Assembly (NCBI GenBank): GCA_003971905.1
Contig: RSEE01000012.1
Span: 930,001-987,170 of the forward strand
Direction of reading: 5' to 3'
DNA: 57,170 bases
DNA from: Moniliella sp. 'wahieum'
Lineage: Eukaryota
Position 1 is the first letter of the stretch. Every line of letters begins with the position of its first letter. Of this stretch, positions 42,795 through 55,179 are shown piece after piece. The position numbers were made by a program, and so were the translations under genes. The notes below the pieces were generated by a model. The model was given only the letters and a program-made list of their open reading frames with translations, was not told the DNA's origin and did not search any database.

Positions 42795-43400
42795 CCCACG
42801 ATCTTGGGATGTTGCGCTTGCACATCTTGTACGCTGTGTTTGAAGTCGAGCCACGTTACACATTGGAACCTTTCTTGTTCACTCGGGCCCTTCGCGTCGA
42901 TCGCCTTCTGTAATGAAATGCCCAGCCGATGCACAATCTGCCGTACTGTCCCTTGGACTTGATTCTCATCTGGGAGAAGAGTGGGGAGGGCACTCTAATA
43001 AGCTGCAGTAAAATATTCGCCCCAAGACGAGACGGAGCCTGGAAGCATATGACTTGGCAGCATCCACAGCGTCATCATGTTGGGGGATCACCAAGTGCGA
43101 AGCGATGCCGAACCATCAACATCTCCCACATAGCTGAAAAGCAGGCACTCATTTGATCCATGTTGTTGCACTAGTGCTCGGACACTCTTGATGATCCATC
43201 TCTGTCTGCATACCCGTGCCTGTACGTTCCGGCCTGCACAAGCGCGTTTTGGTCAGTACATCATCCCAGAGGAAGTGTGAGTGGGGGGATCGTCGTCGTA
43301 CATGTAAAACCAGTAGAGCGAATCATGGCCCCGGTAGTGAGTAGGGCTGCGTGGATGGTTCTTTTCGTCTTTAGTATGAATTGCGCTGACGGTCGGCAGA
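42795..43400 (-). pseudogene. Highly degenerate RT relic, duplicate of 47755-48300
   Basis: RFQCVTWLDFKHSV aligns with RFKYVTSLDFTNAF of copy E. The DNA is strongly similar to 47755-48300. Confidence 0.65.
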
Positions 43401-44039
43401 GCAATGTTGAGGTGACGAATGCGTTCGCCGTGTGGAAAGGATTGTGGATCGTGGAGGGCTTTTCAGTCTACGCCGCAAGTGAGTCTGAGAAGAGTTTGGG
43501 CCTGCTGCTGGAACAAGGCTGGGCGTTCGACCCATTCGGTAAGTCCTGGGTGGGGATCAATGCGGTTGCCATGTTGAGGAACACCCAGCCACTCTGGGAG
43601 AAGAAGAGCTGGTCGGTCTGCGTGGGACAGCGGAGGCGTGGGGGCCGAGTTGGGGAAGGGAGAACAAAGGGGGGAGCAATGGGGCCACAACACTGCTGCG
43701 AGTGGCAATGGGCGAGGTGGAGGATTCACTTTGGCACAGCTCGGGTTAGGTGGGCGAGACAGTTACTTCAACGTTCCGTATTCAATCGAGATTGAGGCTC
43801 ATTAACCCCGTCTCTATCCTCTTCAGGGGGATCACGAGGGAGATGAAGAGCAGCCGCGCGACCTGTTCTACGCGCCCGTCCCGCACAACAGAGCAGCATC
43901 GAGCAGCATCTGCTCGTCGCCAGCCGTAGAGGCCTTCCCTCCAGGCGCATCTGCAGGGGGCGGGAAGCGTGCCCTGCCCCTTTGCCAATATTCCCTGCAT
44001 TGACGCCTTGCACGTCTGGCTGGGGGGACGTGGATGCCT

Positions 44040-47000
44040 CTAGAGCTGCGTCCAGCTAATGGGAAATGCTAGCAACTTGGGCGCCAGCAGAAGGGTATGA
44101 ACACGTACAGGCATCACTACCATCGAAGTTCCGGTACCCCATAGGTGGGCGGCCTCCAGGCTGATTTGCATTCCGCCACTGTGCATCGTGCCGACCTCGG
44201 CAATCCAGCCGCCGTCTCGACGCCAGTCCGGGTACTGACTGCATCGACAAGGATGTGCAGCAAAAAGTGGAACCCACGGGCATGCCCCCCCGTGAACACG
44301 CACCGATGTGGTGTGCAGCGAGAGAAGGGTGAAGAGGCAGCAAGGACACGAGGCGTAGCAAAGCTCCAGCGTGTTGGTGGTGGAGAGGCAAAAGCGGTCC
44401 CAAACGCAGCCAGGCCAGAATCGGCGCGGGGCTAAGTTTGGGCGGTGTGGCTGCGGCCATACGGAGGAACTTCTGCGCGCCAAGCACGGCGGCAAACGCA
44501 CGTTCAACGTTAACCCCGCGGCGGGAGCAGCCCTTTCTGCGCGTCCCGCGCAGAGGCAGTCGATTGCGGTTGCTCGTGGGGCTGCTCGGTTTGCTTGCGC
44601 CACCGCCATCTGGCGCGGTTGGCGCAGCCGCGGGTGAGTGCGAAGCGTGCCTTGTCTTTGCCAATGGTGCTGCCTATGGCCAAAGCGCCCAGCGGAGGTA
44701 CTCTCTCCTTGGGCGCGTTGCACGACTGTTGAGGCACGTTGATGTGGCAACGGCTAGACGAATGTGGGCGCTCCGACGGCGCCTGGCCAATGCCAAATGT
44801 CAGCAACTTGGCCCACCGCAGAAGGACATGAACAACGTACAGGTATCCCCACCAATAAAGGTGGCGCTCTGGGCCCATCGTAGGTCGGTAAGCGCAAAGA
44901 GAGGCGGGCACCGCGGCCAAGCACATCCCGAAGGACAATCAGGAGCGGCACAGCTTTTCATCCTGTTGGTCCCTCATCTCTGACCAACATTCCTCGGGCT
45001 TGGGCGAGACGACCTGCGCATGCGCAGCCCCTGTTTCCTGCACCACTTTGCGGCAGAAGCTGTCAATGGCATGATCCATGACATATCTTGCACCCCAAGT
45101 TCTTGCAATGCCTGTCCGTTGCGTTCATCTACAGCGCCCTCGGTTAACACTAGGACGGGCCCTGGCAAAGCGGCCCTGCAACCATCCGAGGTTGTCGTTG
45201 CCTGGCGGGGTGTTTAATCTGGTGCGGAGGCGATACCTCTGGATTGAGCGGGGGGATCACTTGCTTTTCCATCGGCTATTCTCCACCGTTTAGCATATTC
45301 GCACCTGTTCAGCGCACTGATCAGTACATTACAGCACAGCAAGGCTTGGGTGGCTTCGTACCTGATGAACAGATTGTGGGTATATCGTGCATGACAGTGT
45401 GAAAAAGGATTTGTACGTCTGGACTTCGGCGTGGTGGTAAGGCGGCAAGGCAAGTGGGGGCGCGAGAGATGTGCCGGATGTAACAGAAGCGGACCGACGA
45501 GGTGCCGCATCGCGTCAAGGTGTGCCTTGACCACAGTGTCAATTCCATCTTGGCCACGGCACCACCCTGGGGGGCAGGAGCGATGTGATCCCAGTCTCAT
45601 CAGAGGTACGAGCAGTCCCACTGCAATGGAAAGCATTGTATCCAATCCCATCTTACCAGTAGCTGTGGATGGAACCAACCGGAATGCCACCACTGTTGGC
45701 GCCCGAACGCCTAAGCCCCCATTCGAGCTGGCAAGGAGAAAAGAACCCTGTGTCACTTCTGCCCGTCCTTCCCGCTCGGATCCGCCCCGATTGCCTTCAC
45801 CTCGCGCCAGAGCTGCTCGTCGATCTGGTGGAGCTGGTCCGCCAGGTCGTCCCTCTGCATGGAGTGGAGCAGGTGCCGCAGGTTCTGCTGCAGAGCCACT
45901 CGCAACAAGAGCAAGCGGTCCTGCAATGGCATACCGTGCAAGGAGGGGTAAAGCGCCGCCTGAGCCTCCACCTTTGCCTGCAGAAAAGCGAGCCGAGCTG
46001 TCCTGGGACCCACGCACGAGCCAAGGAAGGTGCCGCCCTCCAGACGCAACTTCTGCGTCGAGACAGTCTTCGTCTTGCCCAGGTTGAGTTCCAGCCCCGT
46101 CTTGCTCTGCGCCACGACACGCGAGACCAGCTGCAACGCATTGGCGTTGCGGGACAATACATAAGTGTCGTCCAAATAGGACACCGCCAACCCATCGTCG
46201 CCCAAAGCGCGCTGCGCCTACTCGAGCATACTGCGGATGCCGACAGAGAAGAAGGGCCCAAAGGGGTCGCCCTGCCTCACTCCCTGCTGGCTCAGGAGGC
46301 TTCCAAAGCCGCCTACACCAACCAACACCAACTGGGTGTGCTTCCCATAAGACCAACGAAAGAAAGGAAGGAGCTCGGGCGAAGAGTCACTCACCGCTTG
46401 GGCTACCGCTGCCCGGTCGATCGAGTTGAACGCATTCTTAAAGTCCAATGACAGCACATAGTTGAATTTGGCCCAAGCTGGGTCCCTCTCTTTCCCACTA
46501 CCCAAACGATCCACAAGCCGCACGATCGGCTTCACACCGCCCATGGACTTGACGCCGAACTGCGTGTGGAGTAGAGGAGTAACCACATCGAAATGAAGAA
46601 GTGCCTTGGCCATTACGCGGTAAAGTAGCTCACCACCGGCGATCGGTCTCACTCCACTGTCAGGCTTCGCAAGCGCCGCCCACCTACTGGTGCACAACAG
46701 CCAAGCACCCGGACACGTCCCATGAAACATGGCACACGCCATGGCTTTGAGAGCTGCTCTAAAGTCATCGTGCTTTAAAGCCAACTGGAGAAGAGGAACC
46801 AACCATCCGCCCACGCCTCCGCCCACGTCCCGGGAGAAGCTGCTTGCCGGGCGATAGATGTCCTTATCATCCACACTCCAAAACCGTTGGGGCTCACGGG
46901 CGTCTGCCGCTGCGGTGTCACCTGTTAAACCAGGCCGGGCTCGCTCCGACATTTGCCGAACCACCAAACCAGCCAGCGGGTTCTTCGGGCCTGCAGGGTG

Positions 47001-47750
47001 CTTCGCGCGCAGGGCCTCTACCGTTTCCGGCCCAAAGCCCACCGCCGCATCCTGGCGATGCAACGTGCGCGCCGCACGCCCCAGCATGCCCTCTTTGACC
47101 TGGCGGTGTGCACGGGTCAGATCATCGGAACGCTGGCGCTCTGCAGAGCCCTTCTCCATAGCTGGCGGCCAAGCCACCTCCGGATACGCCTTGAGGGTGG
47201 CACAAACGTCGGCCGAGGAGCCCCCCCGCAAGCCCGCCTTCGGCAGGGCAAGCAGGTTGAACACGGCATAATCGTCGGGATGATCTAAGTAAGCTCGTCC
47301 CAAACGACCGGCCGCCTCCTTGAATCGACGCCGCACCATCGTGCTGCCTGGCCACGAGGAGCAGTGCACTCCACCACTCGAATGGATCCGAATCGGAATT
47401 GCCGGGTTGTCCGCTGCGGCTATCAGATTGGGCTGAGCACAGCCGGCACCGACTGCCTGGCTTAGCGCGTGCGCGCCTGAGCTGTTGGTGTTACGCTAGT
47501 TCCCAGCGGCCTCGTTCACGCGCATTACACCAGGGGGTATATGGTTCGCCACGACCTCCAGGCGGCGGGCAATGCGGAGGAGAAGGTGGCGGTGGAAAGG
47601 TGGAGAGGGAAGAAGTTCAACTTGACCGCGTCAGGGGGGGGTCAGCCGCTTTTTTCCGTCGCCCAGACAAACGCATTGCGAGCGACGAGCGCCGACGCAG
47701 CGGCCAAGACGCACCGCTTGGATCGCGTCTCTTGTCACCGCCAGCTGCCC
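44040..47750 (-). mobile_element. Most complete CRE/Cnl1/MoTeR-like non-LTR RT copy C; RT ORF ~45720-47369 with two in-frame stops
   Basis: ALAKPDSGVRPIAGGELLYR, QFGV, LDFKNAFNS, GVRQGDPFGP, SYLDD, GLELNLGKT, FLGSCVG and SLPARMG.GLG are typical of CRE-clade RTs. Confidence 0.9.
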
Positions 47751-47754
47751 CCTC

Positions 47755-48300
47755 CGATCTTGGCACGTTGCGCTTGCACATCTTGTACGCTGTGTCTGAA
47801 GTCGATCCACGTTACACATTGGAACCTTTTCTTGTTCGCTCGGGCTCTTCGCCTCGATAGCCTTCTGTACCGAAATGTCCAGCAGACGCACAATCTGCCC
47901 CACTCTTCCTTCGACTTGATTCCCATATGGGAGAAGAGGGGGGAGAGGACTCTAATCTGCAGCAGTCGGATATTGGCCCACAGACGAGACGGAGCCTGGA
48001 AGCATATGACTTGGTAGCTTCCACAGGAACCACTAATATCTCCCACATAAATGAAAAGCGGACGCTGGTTTGATCAACGTCCTTGCTCTAGTGCTCGGAC
48101 CCTCTTGATTATCCATCTCCGTCGGCATACCCGTGCCTGTACGTTCCGGCCTGCACAAGCGCGTTGGTCAGTACATCATACCAGAGGAAGTGCGAGTGGG
48201 GATCGTCGTCATACATGTAAACCAATAGAGCGAATCATGGCCCCGGTATTGAGTAGGGCTGCGCGGATGATCATTTTCGTCTTTAATATGAAAGGCGCTG
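47755..48300 (-). pseudogene. Highly degenerate RT relic abutting the 5' end of copy C
   Basis: RLWANIRLLQIRVLSPLFSHMGIKSK..IVRLLD..RFQCVTWIDF aligns with RLLAKILLLHIDVRSPLLRTQLGVKSK..IVRLLD..RFKYVTSLDF of copy E. Confidence 0.7.
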
Positions 48301-49379
48301 ACCTGGCCTGTCGGCGCGGGGCAGCGGAGGCATGCAGAATGCGAGTAACAAAGGGAGGCGCAATGGTGCCACAGCCCTGATCCGAGTGGCGGGCAAAAGG
48401 GGCGACGCGGAGGAGCCACTTTGGCACAACTCGGTTGAGGTGGTGGTCGCCAGCCCACCTGACCAACAAGCGTGTCCAGCGAGGCAGTCACATCAATGAT
48501 CGGTACCCAATCGAGAGTGAGGCTCATCGACACTATCCAATCCCGTCTCCATCCTCTTCAGGAATCCAACGAGGGAATTAAGAGCAGCCGCGCCCCCCCC
48601 CGGGTTGGTTCTACGCGCCCATCACGCCGCCTTGCTTCTCTTGGTTAGGACCTGCGGTACACATGCGCTCGCGGGGACAGTGATTGTTGCGGGACAGGTG
48701 GAACGAGACAATTCGAGCGACTAACTGGGCCGCTGCTCCAACGACGGCTGCCGCCATGACAGCCGCTATCTTTGCATGCACAAGGGCATGCCGCAAGAGC
48801 CGTACCAGGGGCTCGCCGTGTGGGTACCCGCCCCAGGAGCAGCGGGGGGGCGAGGGTTGGGGAAGGGGGAACGAGGAAATGTGAATGATAAGGAGTGGCG
48901 AATGATCAGGGGGTGGCAGACAGAGGATGTGAGGCTGAGGATGCACTCCGACACGGCTTGGGGGTGGGGGTGGTCGACAGCCCACCCGAATGGCAAGCGC
49001 GGTGAGCCAAGCGCCGCATCAATCCTCGATATTCAATCGAGAGCGAGGTTCACTGACGCCAATCACACTATCTGCACCCTCTTCAGGGGTTCGAGATGCG
49101 GCGCCCTTCATCCCCCCTATATGGCAACGGCAGGCCGGGTCTCGTGCACGGGTGAAGGGATGGAACTGCGGCTGGGCCGGCCTGCTCGGTCAGCAAACGC
49201 GTTCTCTGGCAGCAGGCAAACCTGTCGCCGCCGACCCCACCTTCTTTCGGAGTGCCGTGACAGTGCGATAGACAGCCCACTGCGGCCGCTCGTTCCCCGC
49301 ACCCCGTCTCCACGTCTGTACCGGACCCGCATAACAGAACAGCATCGAACAGCATCGAACAGCACTTGTGCCTTGATAG

Positions 49380-50640
49380 CAACTTGAGGGCCTTCCTTGT
49401 CTGCGGAACCGAGGGAGTGCGAAGCCGGACTTGCTTGGCTTGTGGTGCAGCACCGATAGCCAGAAAGGACAGCGCCTTGTCGGCGTACCCTCCATACTTT
49501 GAATGACTGGCTGGGGGCGTTGACGTGACGAGGTGAAGGGCTGCGTGATGCATCCGACCCGATTGCCTCCAGGACTGCGCCTGATCATTGAGAAATGTCA
49601 GTAACTTGTGCCACGACAGAAGAATATGGACCACGTACAAGCACATCCACGCAAAAAAAAGTTGGCGCGCTCGGCCCATCCTGGAACGGCAATCCTCGAG
49701 AGGGGTGAGCGCCGCGACCAAGCACATAATGAGGGCTGAAAAGTAGCAGCACTTCTTTGCATCCCGTTGGTCGCATACGACCATGCTGCCCCCCATTCCT
49801 CAAGCTTGAGCGAGGCCATCTCCGGATGCGCATCTCCTTCTTCACCGACACAACGACGCGGTATAGGCTTGCAATGGTTTGATCCGATCCGCGTCTTTAT
49901 AATGGACCTCAAACTCTCGTGCAAAGCGTGTCCATTGGGCTCATTGGGAACGATGCCAGGCCAGTTGGGCGGCGGGACCGCCACCATCCGAGGTTGCCAC
50001 TGCCTGGCGGGATGTTTAATTTGGTATCAAGGAATGGCTCTGCAGATGGTGGGGTGATCACTTGCTTGTTTCCATCGGCTACTCGGCTCCGGCAGGCTTA
50101 TTTGTACCTGTTTAGCGCGCTGGCCAGTACATCGTGGGACAACGAGGCATGGGTGCTTTCGTACCAGAGTAACACATAGTGGGTCTAGCGGTACCAACGT
50201 ACCAACGTCGGGCAAGGCAGCGTAAAAATGATTTGCACATCTAGCAATTCGTCCTGGCCATGAGGCCAAAAGGAAGGCGGCAGCACGATAGGCCTTTCGG
50301 ATGTAAACGCAACAGAAACGGAACGACGAGGTACCACACAGCGTAACAGTGTGCCTTGATGGCAGCGTAACCCCGTCTTGATCGAAACACCGCGCCGGGG
50401 GACCGGTACGAGAGCCCAGCCTCGCTCGTCGATGAAGGAAGCAGCGGTACGAGCAGCCTCACAGCAAAGGAGGGCCCCATATCCAACCCCACCTTACCAG
50501 TGCAACTGCTGGCGAAAGTACCGGAATGTTGACCTTGTTGGCACCCGCATTGCAAAGGGAACACCCATATCCATGTCAAGAATGCTCCCCAGGTTGATGT
50601 GGCAAACGATTGTTGCTGCACCCCACTCCGACAAGCCCAA
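49380..50640 (-). mobile_element. Decayed copy D, retaining only the post-RT and 3' portion
   Basis: Collinear with ~44640-45750 at an offset of about 4.8 kb, e.g. ACCATCCGAGGTTG..CCTGGCGGG.TGTTTAAT at 45181 and 49983; TGKVGLD versus TGKMGLD. Confidence 0.72.
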
Positions 50641-52949
50641 ACGCACGCACAGCTGCTCAGGGGTCATGGGTCCACTTCTGCGTACGCCAGTTGCCACCAA
50701 GCCTTTGTGGCAAATGGTTGCTCTTGGGAGCCCAAGCACGGCCGATTTGGGGAGACATCTAAAATCGATACAAGCAGGTTGTCGGCGCTCCATCGGGGAG
50801 TGAGGTTGGCGCGCTGCCGTTGGCCAATGTGCAACGCAAATGGGAGGGCGGAACATACCAGCAAATGAATCATCCGCGAGTGGTGTTGCTTTTGGTTGGG
50901 GCGCCGCTGGCTCTGAGAGGTGTGCACGATGCATGCTGCTGACCAGCAAAGGGGAGTGGGCAATCCCTACTGCCGCCCTCGTTGCCACCACACGCACAAT
51001 CCAGTTGTCACTACCCCAAGGGTGGGCCGCCTTCAGGTTGATTTGTATTCCGCCACGCATCGTGTCGACCACGCTTTGGGCAGAAGCAGCCGAATCGGGG
51101 AAAACCCGATCCACGTTTGCACAGAAGGCCAGGTTCGTCGTACCGATGACTCGCGATGGGAGGGTGAGGGAACAGCGCGCCTTGCTCGGCCTGTTGTTGG
51201 AGCCGACCTAGGCCTGCGTCCCAGCCGCGCGCTCGCATCGGGCGCTGCTTCAACAAGGATGGGCAGCAAGAAGCGGAGGCAAGGGGCGCCGCGCCCCATG
51301 AGCACGCATCCGGCTTCGTGCGCAGCAAGAAAAGAAGAAGCTAGGACACGAGCTGCAGCAGCGGCCCCACAGTGCTGGTGGTGGCGCAGAATCAAAAGCC
51401 GCGCAGACGCGACGAGATTAAATTCAGCGGGGTGCTAGGGTTGTAGATGGTGGCCGCAGCCAATGTGGATGAATTGCAACTGCGTGCGCGCGCCAACCGA
51501 CGCGGCGGCCGCAACGCGCGACCCAACGCTCGCCGCGATACCGAGCGGCCCAGCGCTGTGCCGGGGGGTGCATCCGCACCCACACCAGCACCACACTCCC
51601 GCCCCTGGACCCTCCCCGCGCGTGGCTGCGCGGCCCGTACCCCCTCCTTGGCTGGCCCGTCCTTACTGGCCTGACTGGGCCACGAACCAACCCACGCTGC
51701 CGATTCTTGGGGACAGCAGTAGGCGTTTGCCACGCTCGGCAGCACAGCGCACCAAGCAAGCGGAGCCTTGTCTACCCACCCGCCAATCCGACACACAGCG
51801 CACCCAGTGCGCCTGTTGGTCGTGCGTCCTGCGTCCCCTCGCGTCTCGTCCCCGCCTCCCGCCTTCACCGCCGTCGTCCCCGTTGCCCCCGTCGCCGCAG
51901 CCACTTGGCTACCCCCCTTGGCCGTTGTCCCGTCCAGCACCATGCTCTGCAGCTGCTTCGCGTCGAGGCCATGTCCATGGTGTTGTCCTGCGAGCTGCTC
52001 CTCGGACTCCGCGAGGGCGCTGAGCGCGGAGGCGGTCGATTGTTGTTGTTCGTCGGGGTGCTCGCTGTGTGTCGCCTAACATCTCTCGTTGCGGCCAAGA
52101 AAAACTACCAACCTAGTCTCTCCCTTTCGCACGAGCAGCAGCCGCTCCAGACCCGTACTGCAGCCGGAAGCGCTGCAGACGGCGTTAAAGGCGTCCGCTG
52201 TTAACCCAGAAGCACGTGGCTATCCCCTAGGGGCGGCGCCCGGCCGCTAAAAGAGCCGGATGCAGGTCCGACACCGCCTTCGCACGTCTCCGCCCGGCCA
52301 AATGGCAATCAGGATCGTCCGAGCAGACCCCACCGAAGGCGGAGTGGAGCGGGTACTTTCTTCGCCAGTGCAGCTGCCAATCATCAAGTGGGGCAGTGCC
52401 TCCATGGCCACCGCGTACGCTCGTATGCCTGGAAAAGGGGTATTGATCCAGGCAGATTCCTTGGTGGGGCGTTTGATCTACTCTGATTGTCAGTAACTTG
52501 GAATGCACAAGAGAGCGTGGGTAACGTACCGCCATCACAATCTGGGGCAGCGGGGCAGCGACGGTCCTAAGCGAACAATGCCGACAGTAGCCTTGCCACG
52601 CGCGGATATCCCAGTCAAGAGGAACATTCGTAGCTGGAGCAAGGTAGACGAGGGGGCAAGGGATGAAGCAGAGATGTGCTCGTCAACACAGCCATGCATA
52701 GTGTGCCAGCCCAAGGAGGCAACTCTATTACTCAAGGAGGCTGCTCCTTGGGGGTGGGCCATGCCTTCCATGGCGACAAACAACTTGGGGGTCCAGTGCT
52801 CGGCATCTTGCGAAGCTTCGTCAAACTGATAAGGCAAAGTGTATCCAGCAAGTATATCGTCCCCTCCGGTTCCTTTTCTGGTGGGGTCGCGCCACGACCC
52901 TGAAAATCATCATCATACACGTACGTTCTTGGGCGCCAGATACGCCAGT

Positions 52950-54570
52950 CGGTCCTCCGTATCTACCAGTCGCTGCAGGACAAGCACCCGACCGGCCCGC
53001 GCAACCCGATGGCTGGTATTGTGGTCCGGCAGGTCGCCGAGCGCCCGCCGCCGACGCTGACCGGCGACGCGATCGAGGACGACGAAGGCAACCCGCTGGA
53101 AGATCTCGAGGTTCAAGACAAGGATGTGGACCGTGCTGCTGCTAGCTTCTCCCGCGACGTGGGAGGCGGCGTCAGTGGCTGGTCCCAGCCGCTGCTGCGG
53201 CTCGCACTCCAACATGACGACTTTAAGGCGGCTGTCAAGTCCATGGCCACCGCCATGTACGCCGGCACCTGCCCCGGCGCCCAGCTGCTCTGCACCAGCA
53301 GGCTCACGGCTCTTGCCAAGCCGGACGGCGGTGTGCGCCCCATTGCCTGTGGGGAGCTCATCTACCGGCTCCTGGCCAAGATCCTCCTGCTGCACATCGA
53401 CGTCCGCTCGCCCCTCTTGCGCACCCAGCTGGGTGTCAAGTCCAAGGGCGGCGTGGAGCCGATTGTGCGGCTGCTGGACCGCGTCGTCACCGGAGGCGAC
53501 CAAGGCAACGGCCCCGAGTGGGAGGACCGGTTCAAGTATGTGACGTCGCTCGACTTTACGAACGCGTTCAACAGCGTGGACCGACATGTGATGGCGCAGG
53601 CCGTCAACGACCAGTGCCGCGAGCTGGTGCCCTTTTACCGCTGGGCATACGGACAGCACACGCAGCTGGTCGCGGGCAGTGCGGGGAACGTGCGCACGAT
53701 TGTCAGCCAGCATAGCATCCGGCAAGGCGACCCCTTTGGCCCCTTTTTCTTTTCCGTCGCGATCCGGGACACGCTCGCCGCGGCGCCGCGCGCTCGGCGA
53801 CTCGGGTGTGGTCGTGTCCTACCTGGACGACACCTACCTGCTGTCGCGCGCGCCCAACGCACTGTCGCTCGTGTCGGGCGCCCTGCGGCACGGAAAGACG
53901 GGGCTGGCGCTCAACATGGCCAAGACCAAAGTCACCAGCGTGCAAGAGATGCAGACCCAGGGTGCCAAGGTCCTCGGCTCGTGCATTGGGCCGCGGGACG
54001 CCCGCCTGGCCTTTCTGCGGGACAAGATTGCGGACCAAGCCTCTCGCTACCCCGCCCTGCATGGCCTCCTGCTGCAGGACCGGCTGCTGCTCTTGCGGTC
54101 GTGCCTGCAGCACAACCTCCGCCACCTGCTGCGCTGCATGCGGACTGACGATCTCGTGGATGAGTTGCGCGAGATTGATGTGCAGCTGTGGCAGGAGGTC
54201 AAGGCCATTCGGGGCGCCGACCCGAACGATGTGGAGGGACAACGGTGGGACGAAGCTCTTCTTTCCCTGCCCGCCCGGCGGCGGGCTTGGCTTCTTCTCC
54301 CCACCTCGACGTTGCTCCCCACGCGCGGGCGGCCTCGTGCGAGGAGGCGGATGTGTGGGTGGAAACGGTGATTGCTGGCTGCCGACCGAGAGAGAGAGAG
54401 AGAGAGACGCGCCAGCGGCCACCCGACAGTCGCAGCGGGAACGGACGACCGCCATGTTTGCCGACCAACAGGCGAAGCTACTGACCGAGCTGCCGCCCGA
54501 GTTGGGACACCGGCTGCTAGAGAACGCCGAAGCGCTCAACCGGACGTGGATGTCGGTAGGCCCACCTTAA
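52950..54570 (+). mobile_element. CRE/Cnl1-like RT copy E, in inverted orientation and truncated at both ends
   Basis: ALAKPDGGVRPIACGELIYR, LDFTNAFNS, IRQGDPFGPFFFS, SYLDD, VLGSCIG, SLPAR.GGLG, SQRER..LLEN..W. Frameshifts near 53780, 54280 and a few more downstream. Confidence 0.92.
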
Positions 54571-55179
54571 GAACGACAAATGGCATATGCCCGGTGCGTG
54601 GAGCCGTATGCTGGGCCTGGGGGGGAGGGCAACGCAGAGTAGACGCGAGTGGTGAGCAGAATAGAAGCAGGAGGGAGGGGGATGTGCATGCAGACGTATG
54701 TCCAACGCTGCAACAACGCACCTGCTTAGTAGTGGCGTTTACTGTGGTGGCAGTGTTGGTGGACGTGACGGGCTTGGTGGAGGAGCGACGTGTGAGAGCG
54801 TGTGGCGATGGCTAGCATGGTGCCCCAGGCGACGTTGGTGAACATGGCACTGTTTTCTTTGCACTGGGAAGGAGCTTCGCAGGGGTTTAGACCGGGAGGG
54901 GTGGACCAAAGGCCGCTTCGAGCAGCCCCGCCCGAGCTGCCCCCTCACCCTCGCTGCCGGCCTTCTCGCCCTCCGATCCACCCCACTCGCTTCCCATTCC
55001 GTCCCCTCCTTCCTTGCCCGACTCCAACCCATCGTCGGATCCACCCGGCAAGGGGACGAAGGCCGCCTCCGCAACGGGTTACGCCCGCCCCCATCGCGGG
55101 CCTCGCTGGCGTCTTGACCGCCGCCAAAAGACTCCCCCTCCGACTCGGAGGGGAGTAGTAAACACGACCACGTCTCTTT

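Noticed and set aside
51392..52100. Gly/Ala/Thr-rich minus-strand ORF within the repeat block
   Set aside because: Protein-like in places but with no assignable homology; left uncalled.
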